A stretch of 62,631 bases of DNA, filler included, from Nemertoderma westbladi (lineage: Eukaryota > Animalia > Xenacoelomorpha): the NCBI GenBank assembly GCA_032718475.1. It is 3 parts of 3 records of this genome, joined end to end, with 100 filler letters (N's around TTAATTAATTAA, not from the genome) between each part and the next. Parts side by side here need not be neighbours in the genome. Positions count along the whole stretch, not along the records: positions 1 to 24,451 come from JAUCBJ010008731.1; positions 24,552 to 51,720 come from JAUCBJ010001590.1; 1 more part is not named here. One strand, given 5' to 3'. Shown here piece after piece: positions 23,805 through 35,858 of this stretch (positions within the stretch are counted from its first letter, which is position 1; each line of letters begins with the position of its first letter). A model generated the notes under the pieces. It was given only the letters and a program-made list of their open reading frames with translations. It was not told the origin of the DNA and ran no database searches. The position numbers were made by a program, and so were the translations under genes.

Positions 23805-24451
23805 GGGAGAGAGGGAGAGAGGGAGAGAGAGAGAGGGAGGACTAAACAGCCTACCTGTAGTGTGTGCAGTCTGCAGTGAGAGAGAGAGAGGGAGAGAGAG
23901 AGAGGGAGGACTAAACAGCCTACCTGTAGTGTGTGCAGTCTGCAGTGAGGGAGAGAGGGAGAGAGAGAGAGAGGACTAAACAGCCTACCAGTAGTGTGTG
24001 CAGTCTGCAGTGAGAGAGAGAGGGAGAGAGAGAGAGGACTAAACAGCCTACCAGTAGTCTATGCAGTCTTCATTGAGGGAGAGAGGGAGAGAGAGAGAGA
24101 GGACTAAACAGCCTACCTGTAGTGTGTGCAGTCTGCATTGAGGGAGAGAGGGAGAGAGAGAGAGAGAGAGATGACTAAACAGCCTACCTGTAGTGTGTGC
24201 AGTCTGCAGTGAGAGAGAGAGAGGGAGAGAGAGAGAGGACTAAACAGCCTACCAGTAGTGTGTGCAGTCTGCAGTGAGAGAGAGAGGGAGAGAGAGAGAG
24301 GACTAAACAGCCTACCAGTAGTCTATGCAGTCTTCATTGAGGGAGAGAGGGAGAGAGAGAGAGAGGACTAAACAGCCTACCTGTAGTGTGTGCAGTCTGC
24401 ATTGAGGGAGAGAGGGAGAGAGAGAGGGGACTAAACAGCCTACCAGTAGTG
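23760..24451 (+). repeat. Tandem array (11 visible units, about 63-75 bp) of the RAB28 3' coding end plus (GA)n
   Basis: GGACTAAACAGCCTACC(A/T)GTAGTGTGTGCAGTCTGCA(G/T)TGA units separated by GA-repeat spacers. The array runs into the gap. Confidence 0.95.
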
Positions 24452-24551
24452 NNNNNNNNNNNNNNNNNNNNNNNNNNNNNNNNNNNNNNNNNNNNTTAAT
24501 TAATTAANNNNNNNNNNNNNNNNNNNNNNNNNNNNNNNNNNNNNNNNNNNN
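24452..24551. other. Assembly linker (44 N + TTAATTAATTAA + 44 N)
   Basis: Symmetric N padding around an all-frame stop linker. Confidence 0.97.
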
Positions 24552-24584
24552 TCTTTTATTTAAAATAAAAAGTCGGTTCCTTAT

Positions 24585-24608
24585 CGGGCCGCTAGGCCCG
24601 TCACTAGT
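24585..24608 (+). mobile_element. Helitron-like 3' terminus
   Basis: Hairpin CGGGCC-GCTA-GGCCCG followed by TCACTAG-T. Confidence 0.45.
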
Positions 24609-25597
24609 ACCAAAATACAATATAAATTCAAGCACTATATCTACATTTCCCTTCCCCACTGACAAGGCAAGTGGCCATCTATAGGTTTCTATGTCCTCCT
24701 CAATTTATCGATTATACTCAATATTATTGAGTGTATTGTTGTCCTTAAAGTTACCCACTCATCTACACATATGTTTTAAGTCAAAGTCAAGCTAACATTA
24801 AAGCCTAGAACATCGCCGTAACCGTCACAAAAGTCGACACCCCCCCCCCCCCCCCCCCCCCCTGTCACAAAATGTCACGCGAGCTCGACCCCCCCCCCAC
24901 CCCCTAGTGCGTGACATACTTTATAGAACATCATCCCCTAGTTACGTTTTTACATCATGTTCTAGAACATGGTTTATTTATTAAATATAAAAATAGCCTT
25001 GCGCCGTGAAAAAACATTCAACATTCGAAAGCCCATATCTCAGCAACTGTATTTTCTAAATTTAAATTTTTTACATATTTGGAATCGTTGCATGGTCAGC
25101 TTTCCATCAGAACCAACAAATTAATATAAGGTTGAATAACTGAGATGGGACTGGTGATGATATCGCCGCCGGTGACACTTTTTTCAAACGCTTGTTGCTA
25201 AAGAATAAAAAGCAAAAATACAAATTCTGTCTCATTTACTACGGATGAAGGAGGTGAAACTACTGTAACTCTGTTTCATATCATGCTATTCATTAAAATT
25301 TGTATAAAAGTTAAGGAAGGGGGGGGGGGGGGGGGGGGGGGTGGGGGGGTATCATGTTTTTGAATTACGACACTAAATTACAACATTAAATTTAAAAGCA
25401 TTCAATAATTATTTAATTCATTTTCTTAATCAAAGAGACCTTGGTGTAGTGGTTGCATTGAATTCACATCTCTTGGAGGTCGTGGGTTCAGTGTTCAGTC
25501 TGAGATCTGACAGTGTGCTGCAGTATATGTATTCCAACGAAAAAATACGGTACGGATCAGCAGGTACGGAACTTCCAACTGCGCTGCGATATGTTGT

Positions 25598-26026
25598 GGA
25601 CACCAAATCTCTGGATGGCACATTCACAAGAATGCTACGCCGGGTACATTGTGTCAAGTACAATGCACACATCTCCAACCAGACACTATATAACATTGGA
25701 GGTGTCTCATTGGTTCCCCCAAGCTTGACACTAGAACAAAATCGCCTCCGCTTTGCAGGACATTGCTTTCGCCGTGAGGACCAGCCAGTGCATTATCTTG
25801 TACTTTGGCAGCCTCATGGAGTGAATAAGCATGGTGGACAGCCCATGACTTTCTTGAGACGCATCTTAAAGGACACTGGCCTTAAAGATGCGGATGATCT
25901 AGGTGTCATGGGTGTCATAGATGTCATGGGTGATAGGGAGTTGTGGCGGTGCAATTTTGTTGACAAGCCGGCACAGCATTCTTAAAAATGCAGCTGCAAT
26001 GCAGCATGCCGATCCTAGTAGTAGTA
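25598..26026 (+). mobile_element. 5'-truncated RTE-clade LINE
   Basis: Same family as 32378-33409. (TAG)n tail and 12-bp TSD GCGATATGTTGT. Confidence 0.92.
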
Positions 26027-26521
26027 GCGATATGTTGTACTGTTAGTTACATGTGCTGATGTTCGACGTGCTGATTGTACAGGCTGACCGGGGTGCATGA
26101 TAGCAAGAAAATATCTGAATATTAAAATGTTAAATACTGTATTAAAACTTGTATATTAAAAAAAAGATTAAAAATAATTATTAATTAAGATTAAATTTTA
26201 TACAGTATAGAGCAGTAGAGTAAATAGTTTCTTTATCGTTATACTGTAGTATAAAAGGTATATTTTTTAAAACTTTCAGTTTCGGATATAGTACACGTAT
26301 TAATACTGAAAAAATATGTGCTTTGTTTGTCCCCAGGATTTCCCTGACTGCCTGAAAGACATACTGTAGTCAGATACTGTAGTCTTGTTTTTACAGGTGT
26401 CTGACATTCTGACAGTAACATACTGTAGGGCAGTATGGACATCGCCTTTACCTCTAGCTCTGCCATACACTCAGACCTGCAGACTCTGGATACATGGATT
26501 ACCGCACCTTTAACTGTTTAA

Positions 26522-28089
26522 CCCTATTAAACCCGGGGGGGGGGGGGGGGGTCAATATGACCCTCCCCGTGGTTTTTTAATTATAATTCTGAAACAAAAG
26601 CAGTTGGGAATCTGAAATTTTATGACTTTTCCTAAAAATCTATTGTCTTTCTAGTAGTGAAAACCGTTTTCAAAAATATTGGGTACTTTTCGAGTTATAG
26701 CACCATTTTTTAACCCTACTTTTGGCACTTTTTTTGAGACGTTTTTTGAAAATTACATTTCATTAAATATGAATTGTAACATCTCTATTTTTGATTTACA
26801 CCGGTTTTTTGGTGTTAGAAATTTGATGGAATTCATATAAATTGATTTAGAAATTTCAAACTTGTTTTTTTTGGTGGGTGCCAAATTTTGGTGCCAGCAC
26901 CAAATTTTGAAATAAGTCAATTTTGTAAATTGATCGTTTGAAACTTGTTTTTTACGCAATTGGGGTTTTTTGGGTTTCTGGATTCGATGAAATATATACG
27001 AGTTGCACCAAACGTATCAAACTTGTATTTTTCGGTGCTGTGTGCAAATTTTGGTGCTAGCACGAAATTTTGAAAATCCAATCAATAGATAAAATTGCTT
27101 GTGACTATTTATTTCTTGCGTTTTAGAGGTTTATGGCTGTTCTGAATTCAATGGAAAATATAATTATCGAACTAGACATCTCAAACTTGTATTTTTCGGA
27201 TGTGGGTGCAAAATGTGGTGCTAGCACCAAATTTTGAAAACCATCAAATATATCAATTGATTGTGTCACCTTGTTTCTTGCGTTATACGGGTTTGTGATG
27301 GTTCTGAATTCAATGGAATCAGTAAAAATTTCATAAGAGTTCTCAAACTTGTATTTTACGCCGGTGGGTGAAAATTGTTGTGCCAGCACCAAATTTTGGA
27401 AAATATGCAAATTGATAAGTAGATAGTATCACCTTGTATCTTGCGTTATACGGGTTTATGAGGGTCCTGAATCCGATGGAATCAATAAAAACAGCACTGG
27501 ACATCGCAAACTAGTACTTTTTGGTGATGGGTACGAAATTTGGTGCTAGCACCAAAATTTGCCAAATTACGCCGAAAAATACAAGTAGCAATGATCTGGC
27601 ATATTAGAAATGTATTCCATTAGAATCAGCGCCCTCGAAAACCTGAAAATGTGAGTTTATAGCATCGTATAAGTGAATTAAAAATTTTGTGTTCTAACTG
27701 AAAAGTGCTGGTTACTTGTTTTTTTCATTTTTTTCCTACGCAGAGAGGACTAAACAGCAATTTATAGTAATCATATCATTTTTTAATATTTTCCAATGTA
27801 TTTTGCACCCCAGAAAACCTGTATTGAAAAATAATTAGCCGAAAATGTAACTTTCAAATTTGGTGAAAATTGTGCACTACTTGTAATTTTGGTGCTGCAA
27901 TATAACCACCCCAGTACATTTTTTCGAAAATTTTTTTTTTCGGTCGGATCCAGACAAGTGATACCTACGTACAAACAAAAAATCGGACGTTTTCGTAAAT
28001 ATTTGTAGATTTTAGAGGGGGGGGGGGGTCAATATGACCCCCACCCCCCCGGTATTTGTACAACATTTTATAGCCCGGTACTAATAGGG
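26522..28089. mobile_element. piggyBac-like non-autonomous element
   Basis: TTAA|CCCTATTA...TAATAGGG|TTAA. Internal tandem repeats of about 180 bp contain TGGTGCTAGCACCA. Confidence 0.85.
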
Positions 28090-28384
28090 TTAAGGACAGA
28101 CACAGCATCACACAGTAATTAATGGATTTATTTCATAAAACAATATGAATGGCACTGGACATAATATAGATCAATTTTCTTTGCTTCAGATTATATATTA
28201 TAATATAATCGACAATTCTAAAGAACTGATAACTTTGTACTAATTTACTGCTAAATATGGTCCCCAGATAAAAAAAATATTCGGATTATTAGTAGGCATA
28301 ACTACAGTATATAATTATTATTTTACTCTCAGAATTTGCCGGATAAAACATAACATACAGTAACTATGCATAACTAAGCTAAAT

Positions 28385-28705
28385 GATCCAACCTTCGAAA
28401 AGTCTACAAATTTATCCTTCGTTTAGAAGGTAATTTATCCTTCGAATATAAGGTAATTTATCCTTCGAATAGTAGCATAAATTATCATTCTAAACGCAGG
28501 ATAAAAACTATAAATTCATCCACCCTTCGAAAAGTCTACAAATTTAGCCTTCATTTAGAAGGATAATTTATCCTTCGAATAGCAGCATAAATTATCCTTC
28601 TAAACGAAGGATAAAAATTATCAATTCATCCACCCTTCGAAAAGTCTACAAATTTATCCTTCGTTTAGAAGGATAATTTATCCTACGAATTGTAGAATGA
28701 ATTAT
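28385..28705. repeat. Minisatellite built on a TTATCCTTCGAA unit, with a higher-order period of about 120 bp
   Basis: CCTTCGAAAAGTCTACAAATTTATCCTTCGTTTAGAAGG recurs three times. Confidence 0.85.
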
Positions 28706-30206
28706 CAGACAATTTAGACGGCGAAAATGCTGATAATTTCGAAGAAAATTTATTTCGATCAAATTAGCAGCATATTAGTAGCAATTTCGAAGGATGTGAC
28801 TTTGCTGGGTTTAGCTTGATGGCGTGCTACTTTCTAAGATTATTGATGGACATTGTCGGATAGTCAGAAAGACCGACCAACAGACATCTGGACATAGGGA
28901 CTAACTAAATTTCATTAAAAGTGAAATCTGACCTCAGAATAAAATCAGCGACCAGAAAACCCCCATAGCTTAGGATATAAGATCACCGGGATCTATAAGT
29001 TCACCCGGTTCTACTTCTAAGTTTACTCGAATCTAAGCTGCTAAGTTTGCTTAGGATCTAAGTTCGTCAGGATATACTGATCTAAGATTGCATAGGTTAT
29101 GAGTTTGCCGTGGTTTAGTGCAGTCTAGGTCGTTTCTTTGTGGTATTGTATTAAGCGTATTCAACTATCTGTATAAAAACTATTGTTTCTAAGTTATTGA
29201 TGAACTCGAGTCTATGTTGGTAAGTAATAGCGATAAAGTATCCATTCCACTAATCGGCAAGAATGAAAACATGGGCGGGCACAATGAGGAACGAGCTGTG
29301 TTTAACGTCTCCTCAGATCATAGAGAGTCTACTACACTACTGTAGTTTTACCAAGGACTACTGTACTGCTATAGTCTTGTAGCTATAGTCTGACAGTATG
29401 TCTGTAGCACTGTCAGACAGTATTAAGCAGGTACAGCAGTACTGCGGTACAGAGGTAGTAGGTGAGACAGTGGGAGTACCGGTAGCTATTGTGGCTGGCC
29501 ACGAGAAAAGGGACCTTATGTCGCAAAACCTGATTCTGAGATAATCGTGTTTAAAGTTTCCCTCTATTTTTGAACAAATTTAATTGGATTATCAATTTAG
29601 AAATGTATAAAACGATGAGGGAAATTCAAATTGGTTCTGATATTTAATATACCTAGGAAATAACTAATTACAGGAAGCAATATAAGATGTTGCAGTATTG
29701 TACTGTATATCACGAGGCGTTAAAGTCTATACAAATCAATCCAGGTTTCAGCCAATCACAAAGGAGATGACGTAGGGCCTATTACAAATGAATGTGGATT
29801 GATTTGTATAGACTTTAATGAACACCCATGTTCTGTTAGAATCTATACATTTCAATTATTTTCATTTAAATACTGCTTTCCACTACTACTGTATTTCCCA
29901 TAATAGTACTAAAGTAAGTAATATGGTCGGTCTTCAGTGTATAATTGTTTGTTGTGTGAAGGTCAGCACACCAGTCTGCCAGTACACACAGTAGGCAGGA
30001 GAGGATTGGAATACTGATCGCATATATATGGCAGGGTACTGTGTGTATGTACTGTAGTTACTGTAGGAGCTGTATTGAGAGCAATATTAATTAATATTAA
30101 GAGTGAGGGTCCATTACCTACACTATATACAGTAGTACTGTAGGTCATGGAAGAACTCTACAGTAGGTATTCCAAACAGTATACTGTTATGCCTTAGCGC
30201 CTAGCC

Positions 30207-33200
30207 ATGTCTAATATTCAATGCAAATATTGTTCTACTGGTCAAAGTTATAAATCTAAGAACTCACTTGGGTGTCATATAGGCGATTCCATAAAAACTA
30301 TATTCCTCGCAGTGATAACGGCAAAATAACTTTCTCATTATCATCAGAACAAGAATTTGATTTATGGAAAGATAATTTTGAAGATAAAACCATTTCAAAA
30401 TTTATTAAGCGATCTGATGGCGCAAAGATGAGGAAGGATGGTTCCAGTGTAACGCATTACATATGTAATAGAATTGGCAACTACAGTACCAAAGGGTGTG
30501 GGCAAAGAATCTTAAAATATAAGGGGTCATATAAAGCGGCTGTAAAATCTTGCTCAGCATTCATCAAAGCTGTAAAGTTGCCAAATGGGAATTTTGAAGT
30601 TGAGGCTGTAGGAACGCATGATTTACATGATGTTTCAGTTCACCAACTGCCATTATCTAATAGAGATAAAGGTCAATGTGCGGAGTTACTTCAAATTGGA
30701 ATACCAAAGGAACGTGTGTTGCATGATATTCGTAGAACCGCAAAACTTGATAGCAGAATAATGTTTGTTAATCCACAGGATTTGAGAAATATATGCAAGA
30801 AAAACGGCATTAATTGTGATGAAAGGCGCCATGAAAACGATGCTATGTCGGTAGACATACGTGTTGAGGAGCTGCAATCATTAGACGAAAATCCTATTTT
30901 ACTATATAAACCACAAGGGTTAAACACTACTGTGACACTTCTGGATAGTCAATTATCTGATGACAATTTCGCTTTAATTATACAGACAAAATATCAATCT
31001 GACTGCTTTAAAATGTTTTCCAAACATTTCGTATGTGTTGACTCCACTCATACAACATCCGGCTATCAATTCCCACTAACAACCTTATTGGTTGCGGACA
31101 GCTGGGGTGAAGGAATGCCTGTTGCGTGGTTGATCTCTAATAGATTGCGGACAGCTGGGGTGAAGGAATGCCTGTTGCGTGGTTGATCTCTAATGGAGAG
31201 GACTTCACCATGATTCGGCTCTTCTTTAGATTGCTATATGAACAGAGTCCAGAGGTTACTACGGCGGCGCTAATGAGTGATGACGCAGAACAGTACTATG
31301 AACAGAGTCCAGAGGTTACTACGGCGGCGCTAATGAGTGATGACGCAGAACAGTACTACAGTATAAGTCTTGGGTTGACGCATTTCCACAACTCGAACAA
31401 CCACGTAAACTACTCTGTAAGTGGCATGTTAAGAGAGCATGGACTGAGAACATAGCTAAGCTACCGCTGGAAGATAGATCAGAAGTAATGAAGATATTAC
31501 ACATGCTATGTGATGAACTAGACGAAGCACTGTTCAATAAATCAATGAATAACTTCTTAGAATATCTTACTGCCAACGAACAGCGTCATGCATTTCGAGA
31601 CTACTTTTGTAATTTCTATGCTAATCGAACCGAGACTTGGGCGAGTTGCCACCGTACCAATCTACAAATAAATACGAATATGTATGTTGAATCATTTCAC
31701 AAAGTAATTAAGTATAAATACCTCAAGGCGACTAATAACAAGCGCTTGGATATACTTATTGATAAGCTTTTGCTCTTTGTTCAAGATAAGAATGTAGAAC
31801 ATCAAATCAGAGATATTGAAGGGAAATATTCTAAAGCCCAGAAGGAAAACGTTGCGCGGCATCGCCGGGCCTTGGCTCAACTGGATAACTTCTTATTGAA
31901 GCTGCAAATGAGTTTACATGGTCTGTGACAAGCGGAACAAATAAGTACACTGTTACATGCAATGCAAAAGTGAACTGTTGCAAACAGATTTGTCCAATAT
32001 GTAACATCTGTTGTCACCGTTACAAGTGTTCTTGTAAGGATGCTGTTTTCACGAAAAGGCGCATTTGTAATCATATCCACGCAGTCTGCATTCAGTATCA
32101 TGCTGGTAGAACAACATCTGTTTCGCAGGAAGATATTGGGGCTGTTTCGCAAGAAGATATCCCGTCTGTCCGACAACTATCCGAAACTGATTTATGCGAA
32201 CCACAACTGGTTTCGGATTTTTGGGATTCTGGAATACCTAAACAGTTCTGGGAGGCTACCTCCGCCATGTCTAAGGAGGTAGGGTACCCCCTGCCTCGTC
32301 TGAAGAAACTGAATGCTTTATTGCACAACCCGAAAATTACGCACAGCAATAAATTAATGGCTCACAATGCCATTGACTACTACTACTACTACTAGGATCG
32401 GCATGCTGCATTGCAGCTGCATTTTTAAGAATGCTGTGCCGGCTTGTCAACAAAATTGCACCGCCACAACTCCCTATCACCCATGACATTTGCTAGATCA
32501 TCCGCATCTTTAAGGCCAGTGTCCTTTAAGATGCGTCTCAAGAAAGTCATGGGCTGTCCACCATGCTTATTCACTCCATGAGGCTGCCAAAGTACAAGAT
32601 TATGCACTGGCTGGTCCTCACGGCGAAAGCAATGTCCTGCAAAGCGGAGGCGATTTTGTTCTAGTGTCAAGCTTGGGGGAACCAATGAGACACCTCCTAT
32701 GTTATATAGTGTCTGGTTGGAGATGTGTGCATTGTACTTGACACAATGAACCCGGCGTAGCATCTTGTGAATGTGCCATCCAGAGATTTGGTTTCCTCAG
32801 CAGTTAGAGCCCAGCATGGACTCCCGTAGAGGAGTACTGGAACTACTGCTGCTCTAAATAATCGGACCTTAAGTTTCCGATTAATTCTCGGTGACTTCCA
32901 AATCCTGGAAAGCCTATTCAAGGCTGCCCATGCCTTTCCCTTACGTATTCGAAGGTCCTCACCTGACTTCCGGATCCATGATCCCAGGTAACAGAAGTCG
33001 TCCACATGCTCAAGCATACCATCCTTTGAGCTAATGCTCATCCGATCAGAGACTTGCTGAGGACTTTCAAAGTTAACTGTCAGAATTTTGGTCTTTCTGG
33101 AGTTAATAAAAAGACCAACACTAGAAGCGGCATGTTCTAATGAGCTGAGGAGCCGTTGGGCTCCCTCTAATGATTCTGAGAGTACTCCTAAGTCATCAGC

Positions 33201-33660
33201 AAAGTCTAGATCAGTTAGGTACTTGGCAGGATTTCCTCGACTTCTGGAGCCAGTAGGTGGAGTTATCATCACCCCATCATCATTATGATGATCTAAGGAC
33301 ATGCGTAGAACATAGTCAACCACAATAATGAACAAGAATGGTGCAAGTGTGTCTCCTTGGAGGACGCCCCATAACACTTCAAATGGTTCGGTGTCACCGT
33401 CAACAGACCTGCCATTGACAACATTATAAAATCCTTAACACATCGATTACCACTTCTCACAAAGCCGCCTAATAATAAACGAATTATCACCCAGAACCGC
33501 CGAATTTCCTCAATCCTTCGCCAATTGTACACAACGCGAAAAAAAACAAATTAGAAAAAAGAAGAAATACCTAAGACCGACTAACATGGAACAAAATAGT
33601 ATGTCTGCATATCTCAATCGATTGCAGCCGGTTGTAATTGGACCGGGCCGCGATCATGAT
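30207..33660 (+). pseudogene. MULE/SWIM transposase, disrupted
   Basis: VCVDSTH, GEGMPVAWLISN, LMSDDA, CKWHV, TNMYVESFH and SWIM CSC...ICNHIH. Disrupted by frameshifts, tandem duplications of 53-bp and 60-bp period, and an RTE insertion. Confidence 0.9.
32378..33409 (-). mobile_element. RTE-clade LINE fragment (RT C-terminal half to tail) inserted in the MULE transposase
   Basis: GVLQGDTLAPFLF, DLDFADD, FCYLGS and RLRFAGH. (TAG)n tail and 10-bp TSD TGCCATTGAC. Confidence 0.95.
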
Positions 33661-35007
33661 TACGCATTAACTAACTGTATCTGACTGTACATTTTATACT
33701 GTACGTATGATTAAATGTTCTGCGGCTTTCAGATAATGGTTTGCTACTGTATGATTAACCTGTTCATTTACTATAAGCATAACCTATGTATCTATAATTA
33801 TAATAATGTAGAACAAGTATGAGAGTGAGAGTGTCTAGCAAAGATTTTTCATATCCTTTCATATAGCCTATACAGTTGACTTGAACTTATAATTTAAATT
33901 ATAAGTAAAAAATTGAAATGTATAGATTCTAACAGAACGTGGGTGGTCATTAAAGCCCATACAAATCAATCCACATTCGGTTGTAATAGGCCTACGTCAT
34001 CTCCTTTGTGATTGGCTGAAACCTGGATTGATTTGTATAGACTTTAACGCCTTGTTTGTATATCCCACTCTTTTAGGTTTTTCATGTCTGAATTTAGGAC
34101 TGTAATAAAATTGTACTAATACAGTATGTAGGCCTACAGTTATTTTTTAAATGCAATATGGCTGGCTGTCATTTTGTTAATTTTTGTTCGTTAGTTCTGA
34201 AATGTTGTAAGCATCTACTGCGATATTAAATGACACAGAAGAATGAATCCCAGACTGTAATATTCAATAGTCTACCGCTAGGGGGCGATAATGTTCTAGA
34301 ATGTAAATTGCTTATTGTCATTTTCTTAATTCCTGTCTGTTTGTTTTGAAATTTTGTAGACACTTTCTACAATATAAAATTATACTGGAGAATTAATTCT
34401 AGACTGTAATATTCAAATGTCTGCCGCTGAGGGCAATAATGTTCTAGAATGTAAATTGCTTTTCATTTTGTTAATTCCTGTCCGTTTGTTTTGAAATTTT
34501 CTAGACACTTTCTACAATATGGGTGGGATAAGGTGGACAAACATCTACATCACTCCCAATAATGAATTCGAAATACGAATAATTGATATTTTGTAAAAAA
34601 ATTTTGAAAAAAATTAATTTAAAAAAAAAAATTTAAATTTGAAAAAAAAAATTTATTGGTTACCCTGTACATGTTTTTTTTTAATTTTGCAAAAATTTTT
34701 TTTTAATAGTTCATTAACAATATTAATAGTTTCAAAGTGTTAAAAGTTGTATAAAGAGCCGAATAACATTGAGCTGCCTCACTATATAGTAAGAATTGCT
34801 ATGATATTATTAATATTTTTCATTTTTTTAAATAACAAAATTATTTAAAAAAAAAGGGCTACCCGATTCACCTTCACATAAATCGCTATAACTTTTTTTT
34901 GGAAATAGGTATTGAGACACCGTTTTTTTTGGTTAAAATCTCTGGAAAATTCTGCATCTCATAGGCCTACAGGCCTAATAACTCAAAATCGACCTCCGGT
35001 GACATAA

Positions 35008-35512
35008 GGGGCCGTCCAAGTATGACGTCAGCAATTTAGGGGGGGGGGGGGGGGGGGGGGTGGGAAAATCTGATGACGTGCTGATGAGGGGAGGGGGTCA
35101 CCCAAAATCTGACGTCAGCATGTTCATTTATAGGTGCTAGAAGAGATATAGCAGAAGAGTAAATAGCTTGCCTATTTTAATTGTTCGAAGCCCCGGAAGG
35201 CCGTAGCACGACCTTCTGTTTCAGTTACCAGTCATCATGTTTCAGTGATTAGGACGCGTGCTACTGGGGTACTGGGGTTCGCCTGAAAATGAAACATTAA
35301 TCCTAAGCTAATGCTGTAATGATTGTTAGAGACTGCAGTACCGGTACCTCTACCGGTTCATATAGGCCTATCATTAGCTTGTGTTTGTTTATTACTGCTT
35401 TATAACTCTATCTAATCGATCTACTCGAAATCTATCTGATGACATCTGATTTAGGGGAGGGAGGGGGTCAACATTTTGGGGAAAAGTGCAGACGTCATAC
35501 TTGGACGGCCCC
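35008..35512. mobile_element. PIF/Harbinger-type MITE
   Basis: TIR GGGGCCGTCCAAGTATGACGTC with TAA TSD. Confidence 0.88.
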
Positions 35513-35858
35513 TAAGGTCCCTTTTCTCGTGGCCAGCCACATTGATTGATTTTCTTTTCCAAATTAATATTAATAAATTAAACACATGATTTAACACACG
35601 GTATCGGTAATAAAGTTTAAAATATGTACCTAAGTCAGTAAGTTACCGGTAATTAATGATAAGTCATGAACCTTAAAATCCTGGTGATAACAAACATATA
35701 GGCCTACTGATATACTGTAGCCTATAAACTGATAAAGCTAAAACCCTTCCTGCCTTCAGCCCTTAGCACGCAGCTCCTACAGACCTACTCAACTGCAGTA
35801 TGCAGTATAATAACACTGTAGCACAGTCCGACAGTATCAGCAGGCTATAATACATTGA

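Larger units (their letters stand above)
29712..34055 (+). mobile_element. Mutator-like (MULE) DNA transposon
   Basis: TIRs of about 145 bp (29712-29856 and 33911-34055). 9-bp TSD CTGTATATC / TTGTATATC. Internal transposase. Confidence 0.9.
29491..35540. mobile_element. Unclassified TIR DNA element hosting nested insertions
   Basis: TIR GTGGCTGGCCACGAGAAAAGGGACCTTATGTC. The right copy is split by a Harbinger MITE. ATT lies on both flanks. Confidence 0.75.

Noticed and set aside
23760-24451. CRISPR-like repeat-spacer array
   Set aside because: The spacers are only (GA)n length variants, the repeat is the RAB28 coding end, the context is eukaryotic, and there are no cas genes.
24452-24551. 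TTAATTAATTAA palindrome as a biological site, and adjacency across the gaps
   Set aside because: It is a synthetic all-frame-stop linker (repeated at 51721-51820). The order and distance of the contigs cannot be trusted.
25449-25985. Novel 178-aa protein (also 54472-54954 and 56618-57037)
   Set aside because: These are chimeric ORFs made of flanking DNA read into RTE 3' fragments.
27741-27760. Alternative RAB28 last exon (polypyrimidine tract, CAG, then AGAGGACTAAACAGC)
   Set aside because: Only about 16 nt match, it lies inside a TTAA MITE across a gap, there is no matching donor in exon 2, and no CaaX follows.
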